NCBI GenBank assembly: GCA_029261215.1
Contig: JAJDBT010000032.1
Location: 4,002-68,001 of the forward strand
Source: Nitrospirota bacterium
GTDB taxonomy: Bacteria > Nitrospirota > Nitrospiria > SBBL01 > JAADHI01
DNA length: 64,000 nucleotides
Direction: 5' to 3'
The translations under genes and the position numbers were made by a program. A model generated the notes under the pieces. It worked only from the letters and a program-made list of their open reading frames with translations, searched no databases and was not told the origin of the DNA. The number at the start of each line of letters is the position of its first letter. Within the stretch, counting starts at the first letter, position 1. Positions 15,508 through 27,147 of this stretch are shown here, one piece after another.

Positions 15508-17166
15508 TTATCGCGCGCTGATCATCTCTTCGGCATGGCGGCGTGTAAGATCTGTGATGGTAACGCCCCCCAGCATCCGGGCCAATTCTTCCACCCGCTC
15601 CGGGTAAGACAATTCTCGAATCGAGGTCACGATCCGATCATTGTCGGCTTTTTTTTCTACAAAATAATGGTGATCCGCAAGGGAGGCAATCTGTGGCAGA
15701 TGCGTAATACACAGCACCTGATGTTGTTTGGAAAGTGTGAACAACCGTCTCCCCACGCGCTCGGCAATACCACCGCCCACTCCGGCATCAATCTCATCAA
15801 AGACAAAGGTCGGCACGGGGTCAACCTCCGCCAACACCACTTTTAAGGCCAGCATGATGCGGGAGAGTTCTCCGCCAGAGGCAATTTTTGCTAATCCTCT
15901 AGCGACTTCGCCCGGCAAGGCAATCAAAAACTCAACCTGATCAATCCCCATCGGCGTCGGTTCTGTTTGACGAAGTGCGACTTGAAAGGATGTTTTTTCC
16001 ATGCCAAGTCCGGCAAGTTCCGCCTTCACCCGCGTTTCCAGCTTGAGGCTCTTCTCAGCACGCCCCTGACTCAGTTTTTTTGCGGCGTTCGCCATTTTTT
16101 TTTCAACCGCGCCCAATGCCGCCTCCACTTCATTGAGTCGAAGTTCATTTTCGGAGTGACCGGAAAGACTGTGTTCAAGTGACTCTTGGTAAAGTAAAAG
16201 CTCAGGCACGCTACGCTGATATTTTCGTTTAAGCTGCTGAATAATATAGAGCCGGGCCTCAACCAGCTCCAGGCGGTCAGGAAAATACTCTTCGTCCTGC
16301 ATCCGTGCGCGGAGTAAGCTCGCAAGCTCCTTCATCTGGATCTGTGCGTCTTTCCAAAGGGCCATTTCGCCTTCAGCATCTTCGGTAATAGCGTTTAAAT
16401 TTTGAAGCGCATGGCCCACTTCATCCAGCTGGCCTAAAAGACCACCTTCTTCAGTCAGGCGGGACTGCGCCATTTGAATGTTTGAAAGAACCTGTTCCCA
16501 TTGTTTCAGGGTGCGCTCTTCCCGCTCTAATTCAAGTTCTTCCTCAGAATCAAGCTTTGCGTCCCGAATCTCTGATAATTGAAAAGATACCAATTTGCTC
16601 TGATCGTTTAAGGCTTGAATATCTTGAATGAGGCGGTCACGTTCATTTTTTAGAGCAAACCACTCTTGATATGCAGACTGATAGATGTTGAGTAAGGGGA
16701 TTAATTCACCAAAGTCATCCAAAAGTGTTCGTTGCCAGTCTGGCAGGGTCAACAATTGTTGACCCTGCTGACCATGCACTTCGACCAATCGTTGTCCCAT
16801 ATTTTTCAGCATGCCAAGGGTCGCCATGCTGCCATTGAAATACGCCCTGTTTTTACCTGGGCTCAAAACACGCTTGATCAAGAGCATTTCAGAATCATCT
16901 TCATGCAAACTCAAAACATCACGCTGAAGCGCTGAAGCTTCGGAATCTGGTGAAGGAGGGTCAAAGGCAGCCTCTATCACTGCTTCTTTGGCCCCTTCTC
17001 GAATGCCTTCCAAACCTGAGCGTTCACCCAGGATTAACGAGAGTGCACCAATCAGGATGGATTTTCCGGCACCCGTTTCGCCGGTAATGACATTGAACCC
17101 ATCGGATAGTGACAGAGAAACTTCATCAATAATGGCGTAATGCTTGATGTGAAGTTCTCTTAACAT
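15508..17166 (-). CDS. recN: DNA repair protein RecN
   Basis: SMC-like protein with N-terminal Walker A GETGAGKS, a long coiled coil, a C-terminal signature SGGELSRIMLALK and Walker B FVFDEIDAGVGG. Confidence 0.92.
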   Translation of the reverse strand: MLRELHIKHYAIIDEVSLSLSDGFNVITGETGAGKSILIGALSLILGERSGLEGIREGAKEAVIEAAFDPPSPDSEASALQRDVLSLHEDDSEMLLIKRVLSPGKNRAYFNGSMATLGMLKNMGQRLVEVHGQQGQQLLTLPDWQRTLLDDFGELIPLLNIYQSAYQEWFALKNERDRLIQDIQALNDQSKLVSFQLSEIRDAKLDSEEELELEREERTLKQWEQVLSNIQMAQSRLTEEGGLLGQLDEVGHALQNLNAITEDAEGEMALWKDAQIQMKELASLLRARMQDEEYFPDRLELVEARLYIIQQLKRKYQRSVPELLLYQESLEHSLSGHSENELRLNEVEAALGAVEKKMANAAKKLSQGRAEKSLKLETRVKAELAGLGMEKTSFQVALRQTEPTPMGIDQVEFLIALPGEVARGLAKIASGGELSRIMLALKVVLAEVDPVPTFVFDEIDAGVGGGIAERVGRRLFTLSKQHQVLCITHLPQIASLADHHYFVEKKADNDRIVTSIRELSYPERVEELARMLGGVTITDLTRRHAEEMISAR

Positions 17167-17182
17167 GAGACTTCAAGACTCG

Positions 17183-17512
17183 CTATTGGGAAAGGATTTC
17201 GTCAATTTTTTCTTTGAATTGCTTCTTGGATGCGGCGCCGACGATTTTGTCGATCACCTTCCCTTCTTTAAAGAAGAGGAGAGAGGGGATTCCCATGATT
17301 TGGTGCTGGCTGGCAATTTCGGGACTTTCATCTGTATTCAGCTTGCAGACCTTCATTTGGCCTTTATATTCTTCAGCAAGTTCTTCTATTGTCGGGGCAA
17401 TCATTTTACAAGGGCCGCACCACGCAGCCCAAAAATCAACCATCACCGGTGTTGAAGACTGGACGACTTCTTCTTGCCAAGTTTGACTCGTGACTTCAAC
17501 TGCATTTCCCAT
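17183..17512 (-). CDS. trxA: Thioredoxin
   Basis: 109-aa protein with the WCGPC active site in the context VDFWAAWCGPCKMIAP. Confidence 0.92.
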   Translation of the reverse strand: MGNAVEVTSQTWQEEVVQSSTPVMVDFWAAWCGPCKMIAPTIEELAEEYKGQMKVCKLNTDESPEIASQHQIMGIPSLLFFKEGKVIDKIVGAASKKQFKEKIDEILSQ

Positions 17513-17660
17513 TTGGTCTCCTTATTATTCTGTATTGATGTGATTCCATCTGCGTAAAACACAGTTAAAATCCATACGTTATTTCAAAGCGTGTTTCATT
17601 CTAAAAAAAGTGGACAATGAAGTCAATGGATCAGGCCTCCATCTTCGCTAAACCCGCGAT

Positions 17661-17699
17661 AAAAAAGCCTCCCATTCCGAAGGGTTTGAAATGGGAGGC
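17661..17699 (-). terminator. Rho-independent terminator after groEL
   Basis: The minus strand reads GCCUCCCAUU-(13-nt loop)-AAUGGGAGGC followed by U6, about 30 nt downstream of the groEL stop. Confidence 0.75.
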
Positions 17700-17730
17700 T
17701 TTTAGGTCTAACAAAGTTTGGAAGAGAGGG

Positions 17731-19389
<1,659 letters not shown>

Positions 19390-19473
19390 TCATTCCTCCT
19401 AAAATTATTTACTACAAAGCGTTCCAACTCATGTTTAGATTTCTACCTTTGGCAGAAGATCATCACCTGAGTA

Positions 19474-19755
19474 TTATTCGACCACCCCAAGAATATCTTC
19501 TTCTTTCAAAATCAAATATTCTTCATCATCGATGTTAATTTTGCTGCCAGAATACTTGTCAAAAAGAACTGTCTCTCCAACTTTCACATCCTTGACTTCG
19601 CTGCCGATCGCCTCAATCTTCCCTTTTTGAGGTTTTTCCTTTGCGGCATCAGGAATATAAAGACCGCTTGCCGTTTTTTCAGCTTCTGCAGCATAGCTTA
19701 CAAATACCCGCTCCTTTAGAGGTCTAAACTTTACTGCTGATTTTGTTTCTCCCAT
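19474..19755 (-). CDS. groES: Co-chaperonin GroES
   Basis: 93-aa protein carrying FRPLKERVFV..., the mobile-loop region and the GDxVLFxKYxG motif. It lies upstream of groEL. Confidence 0.95.
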   Translation of the reverse strand: MGETKSAVKFRPLKERVFVSYAAEAEKTASGLYIPDAAKEKPQKGKIEAIGSEVKDVKVGETVLFDKYSGSKINIDDEEYLILKEEDILGVVE

Positions 19756-19864
19756 GTCCGTTCTCCTTCTTCAAATGATGTAACCACTTTTTTTCAAAAC
19801 ATACGGTTCAGCGTAATCTAACAGATAACGACAAACCGCACCAATCATGCGAGGGATGCTGGTA

Positions 19865-19891
19865 TTAGCACTCTCACACAATGAGTGCTAA
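19865..19891. promoter_or_regulatory. CIRCE operator (HrcA binding site)
   Basis: TTAGCACTC-N9-GAGTGCTAA is a perfect match to the CIRCE consensus. The palindrome extends to GGTATTAGCACTC...GAGTGCTAATACC (19861-19895). It lies between the groES promoter and the groES start. Confidence 0.9.
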
Positions 19892-19895
19892 TACC

Positions 19896-19924
19896 TTATA
19901 TAATAATCAAAATCTTAAAATCAA
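19896..19924 (-). promoter_or_regulatory. sigma70-type groESL promoter candidate
   Basis: The minus strand reads TTGATT (19924-19919), a 16-17-nt spacer, then TATATA/ATATAA (about 19902-19896), immediately upstream of CIRCE. Confidence 0.5.
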
Positions 19925-19934
19925 GGGGGGGGGG
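19925..19934. repeat. G10 (C10 on the minus strand) homopolymer abutting the groES -35 element
   Basis: Ten consecutive G at 19925-19934, followed by CTTTG and T9 (19940-19948). Confidence 0.9.
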
Positions 19935-20005
19935 CTTTGTTTTTTTTTAGGAGAGAACGATGGACACGATAATAAGCGATCTCACTGTATTTAATTACTT
20001 TTTTA

Positions 20006-21373
20006 CTATTTTTTCTGTGCAGAAATCACAGTGGGATCCATTTCTCTGAAGATTCTCCAGCCCTTCAAAAGATCAACGGCTTTTTTCAGCTGAGTATCTT
20101 CCTGAGGGGGCAAAACCTCGACAGCGGTTTGAGTGTCACTACTATCATCCACTTCGGGGACTGAAGGGCTTGGGGTGTCTGCATCCGCATCCGGAACCAA
20201 TTCGTTTGTGAGGTGTCTGGCCAGATCCTTCTCCCGAACGATGGGGGAGGACTTGACCTCCTTCGGCACTTCAGGTCTCACAATGATATCTGGATCAATC
20301 CCAGTGTTCTGAATAGAGCGGCCACTTGGAGTGTAATATTTTGCGGTCGTCAGGCGTACGGCAGATCCATCTGATAATGGAAGAATGGTTTGAACAGACC
20401 CTTTTCCAAATGTTGTTGTTCCGACAACAACCGCGCGTTTCCAATCCTGCAAAGCCCCGGCGACAATCTCTGAAGCACTCGCGCTTCCTTCATTGACCAG
20501 GACAATGATCGGCATTTTACCTAAACGGCTGGAACGGCTTGCAATATATTCATCCTCTTTCCCATCACGGGCCTTTATCGAAACAATCAGCTGCCCGTTT
20601 TCAAGGAATTGCTCCGACACTTCTTTTGCGGAATTCAGAAGCCCCCCTGGATTATTTCTAAGATCCAGAACAAGTGAATGCATATCTGTACTTAATAATT
20701 TTGAAATCGCACTGGAAAGGTCTCGGGCTGTGTGTTCCTGAAATTGACTCAAATGGATATAGCCAATGCCCGGTTCGAGAAGCCTGGATTTCACGCTTTT
20801 GATTCGGATCACGTCCCGGATCATTGTAAACACCAATTCTTCGGGCTCAGAGTCGCGATGAATCGTCAGTGTGACGGCCGTTCCTTTTCTTCCTCGCATC
20901 TTTTGAACAGCGTCCATCAGGGTTGTCTCTTCAGTCATCATAAACTCATCCACTTTCAGAACAACATCCCCTGGCTTAATCCCAACCTTTGCAGCCGGGG
21001 TATCGGCAATCGGGGCGACCACAACCAATTTTTTGTCTTTGATCCCTATTTGAAGCCCCAATCCCCCAAACTCGCCCCGCGTATCAACCTGCATTTCCTT
21101 GTAGACTTCAGGAGACATAAAAGCAGAATGTGCATCCAGAGTATTGAGCATCCCTTTAATCGCCCCATAGACCAGCTCCTTCGAATCAATGGGTTCGACA
21201 TAATTTCTTTTGAGCGCAGAGAGAACTTCTGAAAAAACCTTCAGGTCTTTATATCCATCTGTTTCGGCAGAAACCTTTGTTTCCAGGCCTCGGCCCAGAA
21301 ACAAAAAAGATCCAAAAAATCCAAGTGTGGCCAAGAGCAGTAAAGTCGCACTCATTTTTTTCTTAAATTTCAT
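20006..21373 (-). CDS. ctpA: Carboxyl-terminal processing protease (S41 family)
   Basis: Signal/anchor sequence, a PDZ domain (GDVVLKVDE) and the S41 core (LRNNPGG, GSASASEI, catalytic Ser/Lys region TFGKGSVQ). Confidence 0.88.
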   Translation of the reverse strand: MKFKKKMSATLLLLATLGFFGSFLFLGRGLETKVSAETDGYKDLKVFSEVLSALKRNYVEPIDSKELVYGAIKGMLNTLDAHSAFMSPEVYKEMQVDTRGEFGGLGLQIGIKDKKLVVVAPIADTPAAKVGIKPGDVVLKVDEFMMTEETTLMDAVQKMRGRKGTAVTLTIHRDSEPEELVFTMIRDVIRIKSVKSRLLEPGIGYIHLSQFQEHTARDLSSAISKLLSTDMHSLVLDLRNNPGGLLNSAKEVSEQFLENGQLIVSIKARDGKEDEYIASRSSRLGKMPIIVLVNEGSASASEIVAGALQDWKRAVVVGTTTFGKGSVQTILPLSDGSAVRLTTAKYYTPSGRSIQNTGIDPDIIVRPEVPKEVKSSPIVREKDLARHLTNELVPDADADTPSPSVPEVDDSSDTQTAVEVLPPQEDTQLKKAVDLLKGWRIFREMDPTVISAQKK

Positions 21374-21511
21374 TACTCAAACCTCCAAACGCTACTGGCC
21401 ACCCCTTGTCGACGCATATAAAAAATTCTTAGTAAAAATATGTTCTATTCTCTCAGTTTATGAACAACAATCATTCTACCACAGTGTTTCGGAGGATAAC
21501 AGCCTAAGAAC

Positions 21512-22696
21512 TCACTTCCTTTTTTGAAGCCAGGAGAGCGGGTTTGTCGGTTCACCCTGATGTCTGATTTCAAAATAAAGTTTTGCTTCCCGAGATAATC
21601 CGGTCCCGCCGACTTCTCCGATTGTGCGATCTTTTGCAACTTGATCTCCAACGCCAACCAATAATTTGGCCAAATGGGCATAGAGAGAATAATAATTTTC
21701 ACCATGATCAATCATGACCATCATGCCATACCCGCGAAACCAATCCGCAAAAACAACCGTTCCATCAAATACGGAACGAACTTCTCCTCCCTTGGCCGGG
21801 GCAATTTCAATGCCTTTTCTAAATATCGTTTCATTAAATTGGGGATGTTTTTGACGGCCAAATCGCGCTGTAATTCTCCCATCATTTGGCCATCTCAAGG
21901 TCCCTTTTGACTTTGAGAACTTTCCGGATATGACCTCACGCACTTCTTTTTTCTTTTTTTCCAATGACTGTATCAAAGACAGGACTTTTTCAGACGACAG
22001 AATCATTTCAGAAGCCGCTTTTTTAAAAAGAACCTTGTCCTTCCGCACACTAACAATCAAAACATCTTTTTTCTTTCTCTCAGAACGACTTTGGACAATT
22101 TTTTGTGCCAAGGCTTCCCGATCAACAATCATGCGCTCAACCACCTCTGACAATTGATCCTTTTTCTCTGCTAACTCCGCATGTCTGGCTTTAAATTCAA
22201 CTAAAACGCTTTCTTCTTTTTGCGCAACTGTTTTCATGTATTGCAGTTTTCTTAATAAATCCGGGTAATCCTTGGAGGCAAATAAAACCTTTAAGGACGC
22301 ACCTTGTTTTTCCTTGTAAATTGACCGAACCCTGCTCAATATAATTTTTCTACCTTTTTCAATCTCTAAAGTTACTTCACGAATTCGTTCGGAAAGGCCC
22401 TTCGCCTCCTTTTCCTTCTCGCCAATCTTGCGCTCTAACATCGCCGCTTCCTTGCGTAAAAGTGCAAAGCGACGGTCGATGACTTCAAGCTCCATCAAAA
22501 GGGAGCGTTCTTTTTTCTGAGATACAATCGATCGTTTCTTATTTTCACTTATAGCGAATTCCATCTCTTCTAAGGATTTTTTTTCTTTTTGGATTTGCTG
22601 TTCTATATCAAAGACCGTTTCTGCAAAAGAAACGGAGGGGCGACAACAGAGGAGCAAGATAAAAAAAAGGTGCACACTACAAAAAAATATCTTCAT
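21512..22696 (-). CDS. envC: Murein hydrolase activator EnvC-like (coiled coil plus LytM/M23 domain)
   Basis: Signal peptide, about 230 aa of coiled coil and a C-terminal M23/LytM domain (GIEIAPAKGGEVRSVFDGTVVFADWFRGYGMMVMIDHG...). Synteny is ftsE-ftsX-envC. Confidence 0.8.
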   Translation of the reverse strand: MKIFFCSVHLFFILLLCCRPSVSFAETVFDIEQQIQKEKKSLEEMEFAISENKKRSIVSQKKERSLLMELEVIDRRFALLRKEAAMLERKIGEKEKEAKGLSERIREVTLEIEKGRKIILSRVRSIYKEKQGASLKVLFASKDYPDLLRKLQYMKTVAQKEESVLVEFKARHAELAEKKDQLSEVVERMIVDREALAQKIVQSRSERKKKDVLIVSVRKDKVLFKKAASEMILSSEKVLSLIQSLEKKKKEVREVISGKFSKSKGTLRWPNDGRITARFGRQKHPQFNETIFRKGIEIAPAKGGEVRSVFDGTVVFADWFRGYGMMVMIDHGENYYSLYAHLAKLLVGVGDQVAKDRTIGEVGGTGLSREAKLYFEIRHQGEPTNPLSWLQKRK

Positions 22697-22707
22697 AAAC
22701 AGACCTG

Positions 22708-23610
22708 TTACTCTGAGTGGCGGAGTCTCAACAGGTGATTCAGTGAAATAAAACTACCAATTCCACCCAAGGCACAGCCCGCAAGAACCAACCCGCCCAG
22801 CATATTGGGAGATAAAAACTGAAGCCCCTGAAAAGAGCCCATCGCAACCAAAAAACCGCCGATTCGGCCTTTTGTATATTCAAAGATCAAAAAGAGAAAG
22901 AGGATAGATACCACACTGCTGATCGCTCCCATCAAAAATCCTTCAATAAAAAAAGGGATCTTGATAAAACCATGTGTCGCGCCAATCAACTTCATAATTT
23001 CAATCTCATCCTGCCGATTGTAAAAATGCAAACGTACGGTGTTCGCGATATTGGTCATGACAGTCACGCCTAAAAAACCACCAATACCGACACCGATGAT
23101 TTGAAGTAACTTTAAAAAATTGTTTAAATTTTCAAGCCACTCAGACCCGTACTGGACTTCATCCACACCCGGGAAAACCTTGTACTCACTGATAATTTTT
23201 TCCAGGATGTCGGATTCCTGAAAAGCACTTTTGACCACAACTTCAAATGAAGCAGGCAAAGGATTTTCCCCTAATCGCTCAATGAGAGTCTTATCCTGAA
23301 AGGATTGATTAAAAATTTTTAAGGCAGCGTCTTTAGAGATGTAGGTCGATGATAAAATACGCGAATCATTGCTCAGTGTTTTTTTAACATCTTTAATCAG
23401 GTTCTGATCAATACCCTCTTTTAGGTAAACACTAAACTGAACGCTCTCACGCATCGTTTGAACAAACCCTTGCACGTTATTATAAAAAACAAGAAAGGCC
23501 CCAAACAACATCAAGGTCAAACTGAGGGAGATCAGCGAAAAAAACCCCATCGTTTGATTGATTTTAATGTTTTCAAGCGCCGATTTTAAATGATAAAAAA
23601 ACTGCCTCAT
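22708..23610 (-). CDS. ftsX: Cell division ABC transporter permease FtsX
   Basis: Four TM helices with a large first periplasmic loop. The gene overlaps the ftsE stop (ATGA). Confidence 0.88.
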   Translation of the reverse strand: MRQFFYHLKSALENIKINQTMGFFSLISLSLTLMLFGAFLVFYNNVQGFVQTMRESVQFSVYLKEGIDQNLIKDVKKTLSNDSRILSSTYISKDAALKIFNQSFQDKTLIERLGENPLPASFEVVVKSAFQESDILEKIISEYKVFPGVDEVQYGSEWLENLNNFLKLLQIIGVGIGGFLGVTVMTNIANTVRLHFYNRQDEIEIMKLIGATHGFIKIPFFIEGFLMGAISSVVSILFLFLIFEYTKGRIGGFLVAMGSFQGLQFLSPNMLGGLVLAGCALGGIGSFISLNHLLRLRHSE

Positions 23611-24275
23611 TCAGGAAGACCATCAGAAATTATTTTTCCATTTTGCAATACCAACCTGCGGCGGGAGATTTTTGAAAAAAGCTGCCGGGCATGTGTTGCG
23701 ACCACCACAGTCGTACCGGCCGTCTGAATATTTCTCAATAAATCCACAATATCCAAAGCGAGATCCTGATCAAGGTTTCCTGTGGGTTCGTCGGCCAGCA
23801 AAATGGCCGGACGATTTACCAAAGCACGTGCAATGGCAACACGTTGCTGCTCTCCTCCCGAAAGAAAAGCAGGGCGTTGCCCCTGGCGATGTTCTATCCG
23901 AACCATTTTAAGCACTTCATGTACCCGTTTTTTAATCTCGTTTCTTGAAGCCCCAATAATTTCAAGCGGCAAGGCCACATTATCAAAGACTGTTTTCCGC
24001 TGAATCAATTTAAAATCCTGGAAAACAAATCCAATGTTTCGACGTAGAAACGGGATTTGGCGCTCCCTCAGGCGGGAAACATTTTTTCCTCCGATTAAAA
24101 TTTGCCCCTGATCTGCACGCTCCTCACAGAACAAAACCTTCAAAAGGGTTGATTTTCCCGCACCGCTGGATCCTGTGACAAAGACAAATTCCCCTTTTTC
24201 GATTTTTAGGTTGATATCGTCCAAGGCAAGAAAATCTTTCCTATAGTACTTCGATACATGGAACATTTGAATCAT
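23607..24275 (-). CDS. ftsE: Cell division ATP-binding protein FtsE
   Basis: Walker [10 protein letters not shown], signature [15 protein letters not shown], Walker [13 protein letters not shown]. Confidence 0.92.
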   Translation of the reverse strand: MIQMFHVSKYYRKDFLALDDINLKIEKGEFVFVTGSSGAGKSTLLKVLFCEERADQGQILIGGKNVSRLRERQIPFLRRNIGFVFQDFKLIQRKTVFDNVALPLEIIGASRNEIKKRVHEVLKMVRIEHRQGQRPAFLSGGEQQRVAIARALVNRPAILLADEPTGNLDQDLALDIVDLLRNIQTAGTTVVVATHARQLFSKISRRRLVLQNGKIISDGLPE

Positions 24276-24403
24276 AACTTAATTTGTGAACCTTTTTAAT
24301 AAAGACACGTGGATTGGTTTCGGGGAATGCATGTGTGTTCTAGAAGAAAGAATACAAGAACGCTTTAGTCAAAGACAAGGACTGAAAAACCAAGACAAAA
24401 GGG

Positions 24404-24853
24404 TCATAAGTGCTCGGCGGCTTCCTTTTTCGCAAGAAATTCAAAAATCAGAGCGTCCAGACCTTTTTTTTGAACCTTGCTTCCTTTCCAATTCATATGA
24501 ATATTTTCTTCGCAGGAAACAAAGGTTTCCGGCTTCTGAGCCACGGAATCCACAACAGGCTTTTCATCCAGGACAGGTTTCTGATCTTGAATATCAGCAT
24601 TCTTTAAATCAAGCTTGCCACTCACCAAATCCCGTAACATTTGCTTGTGCTGTTGCTGCATCATACCCTTTATCGTTTCGTCAAAGCCATCAGATTTCGG
24701 GATATCAAGGTAATGGCTCTTTCTTGCCGAGAGGATTACGCCATTTATAAATAAAATCGTCGTAAGGGTATGCTGGTCTAAACCACCATCTTCTGTCTGA
24801 ACATGGTAAGTTTTGCCTTTATGTTGAATATTTGTATTGATTCCAATAAACAT
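24404..24853 (-). CDS. Hypothetical protein
   Basis: 149-aa protein on the same strand as its neighbours, with a structured-looking N-terminus (MFIGINTNIQHKGKTYHVQTEDGG). No family recognised. Confidence 0.5.
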   Translation of the reverse strand: MFIGINTNIQHKGKTYHVQTEDGGLDQHTLTTILFINGVILSARKSHYLDIPKSDGFDETIKGMMQQQHKQMLRDLVSGKLDLKNADIQDQKPVLDEKPVVDSVAQKPETFVSCEENIHMNWKGSKVQKKGLDALIFEFLAKKEAAEHL

Positions 24854-24885
24854 TGCCCTCAGTATACCGCTTTTTTTGAATTATA

Positions 24886-25275
24886 TTATATTGCCATCTC
24901 AAAGGCATTTCGAATCAGCTCAACATGATAAGATGCCAATTCTTTTCGAACTGCAACGACATCAAAACGACAAGAACAAGGCCTGAGGTTCTCCTTACTT
25001 AAATAAAGAAGTGCCACCTGTGTAATCTTCACCTGCTTTTTCAAATCCACCGCATCCTGAGGTAAACCATAGCTATTCCCGGATCTCGTCTTCACTTCAA
25101 TAAAGACAAGCGTTTCGCCATCGCGCGCAACAATATCAATTTCTCCAAGCGTCGTGCGATAGTTCTGAGCAAGAATCTCATATCCTTCTTTTTTCAAAAA
25201 TCGCGCGGCTGCAGCCTCACCCTTTTGGCCAATCGCTAGGTGACGCCGCGAAATGTTTTTCGGTGCAGAGGGCAT
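24886..25275 (-). CDS. yraN: YraN-family (UPF0102) endonuclease-like protein
   Basis: GEAAAARFLKKEGYEILAQNYRTTLGEIDIVARDG..LVFIEVKTR is the classic UPF0102 pattern. Synteny with rnhB. Confidence 0.85.
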   Translation of the reverse strand: MPSAPKNISRRHLAIGQKGEAAAARFLKKEGYEILAQNYRTTLGEIDIVARDGETLVFIEVKTRSGNSYGLPQDAVDLKKQVKITQVALLYLSKENLRPCSCRFDVVAVRKELASYHVELIRNAFEMAI

Positions 25276-25826
25276 GGCCCAAACTCCTTGATACGACGTA
25301 GATGTTCACGCGTGCCATACCCCTTGTGACGGGAAAAAAGATAATTGGGGTACGTTTCATGATAATCACACATCAGGCGATCCCGCGTCACCTTTGCAAT
25401 TACAGAAGCTGCGGCAATGGACTGCGAAAGATCATCGCCATGAATAATGCCTTTTTGAGGAATTTTAAGGCCAGGAAGGGTCAGCGCATCGATCAACAGG
25501 AAATCAGGTTTCTTTGAAAGACCCTTGAGCGCCTCATGCATGGCCAACAATGTCGCCTGCAAGATATTGACTCGATCGATGGTTTCATTATCAATAATGC
25601 CGACGGCGACGGCGCAGGCCATGGCATTTATGTGATCGAAAAAGATTTCGCGGCGGGTCGGCGAGAGTTTTTTGGAATCACGAAGACCTTCGATAAAACA
25701 GTCTTCTGGCAAGATCACTGCAGCGGCAACCACGGGGCCTGCAAGCGGCCCCCGGCCAGCCTCATCAATACCACAAATTGATCGGTACCCTGTCGAATGC
25801 AGGGCCCTCTCAAAGGAAGTCATCAT
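25236..25826 (-). CDS. rnhB: Ribonuclease HII
   Basis: GIDEAGRGPLAGPVVAAAV (DEAGRG motif), DSKKL and the GYG...H C-terminal region. Confidence 0.92.
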   Translation of the reverse strand: MMTSFERALHSTGYRSICGIDEAGRGPLAGPVVAAAVILPEDCFIEGLRDSKKLSPTRREIFFDHINAMACAVAVGIIDNETIDRVNILQATLLAMHEALKGLSKKPDFLLIDALTLPGLKIPQKGIIHGDDLSQSIAAASVIAKVTRDRLMCDYHETYPNYLFSRHKGYGTREHLRRIKEFGPCPLHRKTFRGVT

Positions 25827-25864
25827 TTAAGAAATGACCTTCTGCCTAATCCACCTTGCGGAAC

Positions 25865-26350
25865 TTATTCTTCAGGTTTAACTTTTGGCGTGGCTTTGGT
25901 CTTAGCCTTGGGTTCGGGTTTCACTTTGACTTCAGCTTTGACTTCAGCCTTGACCTCAGCCTTGACCTCAGGAATTTTCGACACCGATTTTTGTTGCGTA
26001 GGGTAAACCCGTGCTTTTTCTGTGATACGCGCAGCCCGACCCGTTCTTTCTCTCAAGTAATAAAGTTTCGCTCTTCTAACCTTACCCTCACGAACCGTTT
26101 CGACCTGATCAATAAAAGGAGAATTAAACGGGAAAATTCGTTCAACGCCAACCCCAAAAGATATTTTACGAACCGTAAATGTCCTCCGGTTTCGCGTCCC
26201 CTTTATCCGAATCACAATGCCTTCATAAACCTGGATTCGCTCTTTGTCTCCTTCTTTAATGCGAACGTGAACACGCACTGTTTGGCCAATTTTCATTTCC
26301 GGGGTGTCTTTTTTGATCAGCCCCTCTTCAAGTCGCTCTAAACGGTTCAT
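25865..26350 (-). CDS. rplS: 50S ribosomal protein L19 with a roughly 45-aa Lys/Glu/Pro-rich C-terminal extension
   Basis: The L19 core (FRVGDTVRV-like [29 protein letters not shown]...[13 protein letters not shown]) is followed by ...[36 protein letters not shown]. Confidence 0.93.
   Translation of the reverse strand: MNRLERLEEGLIKKDTPEMKIGQTVRVHVRIKEGDKERIQVYEGIVIRIKGTRNRRTFTVRKISFGVGVERIFPFNSPFIDQVETVREGKVRRAKLYYLRERTGRAARITEKARVYPTQQKSVSKIPEVKAEVKAEVKAEVKVKPEPKAKTKATPKVKPEE
25926..25972. repeat. 12-nt tandem repeat (about 4 units) encoding the (EVKA)n tail of L19
   Basis: The units are TTGACTTCAGCT, TTGACTTCAGCC, TTGACCTCAGCC and TTGACCTCAGG. Confidence 0.85.
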
Positions 26351-26424
26351 TGCTTTCTTCTCTCCTTTATTCCAGTCTCACCCTTGCACACCTCTGCATT
26401 TTGCAGTATTCATTTTAAGTGAAC

Positions 26425-27147
26425 TCAGGCCAATCGTTTTCTTTCATCTAAGGTCAACGCTGCCCCGGATAACAAATCAGGACGTTTTCGAATCGTATTT
26501 TTTAGGGCCTCTGCTCTACGCCATGCTCTAATCGCGGAATGATTGCCTGAAACAAGCACTTCAGGCACCTGCATCCCCCTAAATTCATAAGGTCTCGTAT
26601 AATGAGGGTACTCCAACAGTGAATCCTCAAAGGACTCTTCCTTTGCCGATGCGACACCCCCCAGCACACCAGGAACCAAGCGCGCTGCCGCATCAATCAT
26701 CGCCATTGCCGGAAGTTCCCCTCCCGTTACGATATAGTCACCCATCGAAACTTCTTCGAGCGGGATACCTTCAATCACTCGGGCGTCAACCCCTTCATAG
26801 TGTCCGCAAATAAACACCAGACTCCGGGTTTCTTTTGAAAAATCCTCCGCCATTTTTTGATCAAAACACTGCCCTTGTGGCGAAGGCAGAATAACACGGA
26901 TGTTATTCTCACGCACGGCTTTAATCTTTTCTATGGCCAAAAAAATCGGCTCAGGCTTCAACAACATGCCACCGCCGCCGCCATAAGGAGCGTCATCGGT
27001 CATACGATGCTTGTCCAGAGCAAAGTCTCTCAACTGGTAAAGGCCAACTTCGATCAGTTGGCGCTCCTGGGCACGTTTTAAAATGCTTTCGCCCAAAGCG
27101 GCCCTGAGCATTTCAGGAAATAGCGTGACAACATCACAGCGCATCAT
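26425..27147 (-). CDS. trmD: tRNA (guanine37-N1)-methyltransferase
   Basis: Conserved TrmD motifs (VVTLFPEM, PYGGGGGM, ICGHYEGVDARV) and synteny rimM-trmD-rplS. Confidence 0.93.
   Translation of the reverse strand: MMRCDVVTLFPEMLRAALGESILKRAQERQLIEVGLYQLRDFALDKHRMTDDAPYGGGGGMLLKPEPIFLAIEKIKAVRENNIRVILPSPQGQCFDQKMAEDFSKETRSLVFICGHYEGVDARVIEGIPLEEVSMGDYIVTGGELPAMAMIDAAARLVPGVLGGVASAKEESFEDSLLEYPHYTRPYEFRGMQVPEVLVSGNHSAIRAWRRAEALKNTIRKRPDLLSGAALTLDERKRLA

Noticed and set aside
24286-24750. 154-aa plus-strand ORF overlapping the 149-aa minus-strand hypothetical gene
   Set aside because: The minus-strand frame matches the orientation of the surrounding operons and has a more protein-like N-terminus. 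The plus-strand frame is Arg/Ser/Gln-rich with no start context. Neither has a confirmed homologue, so the choice is only moderately confident.
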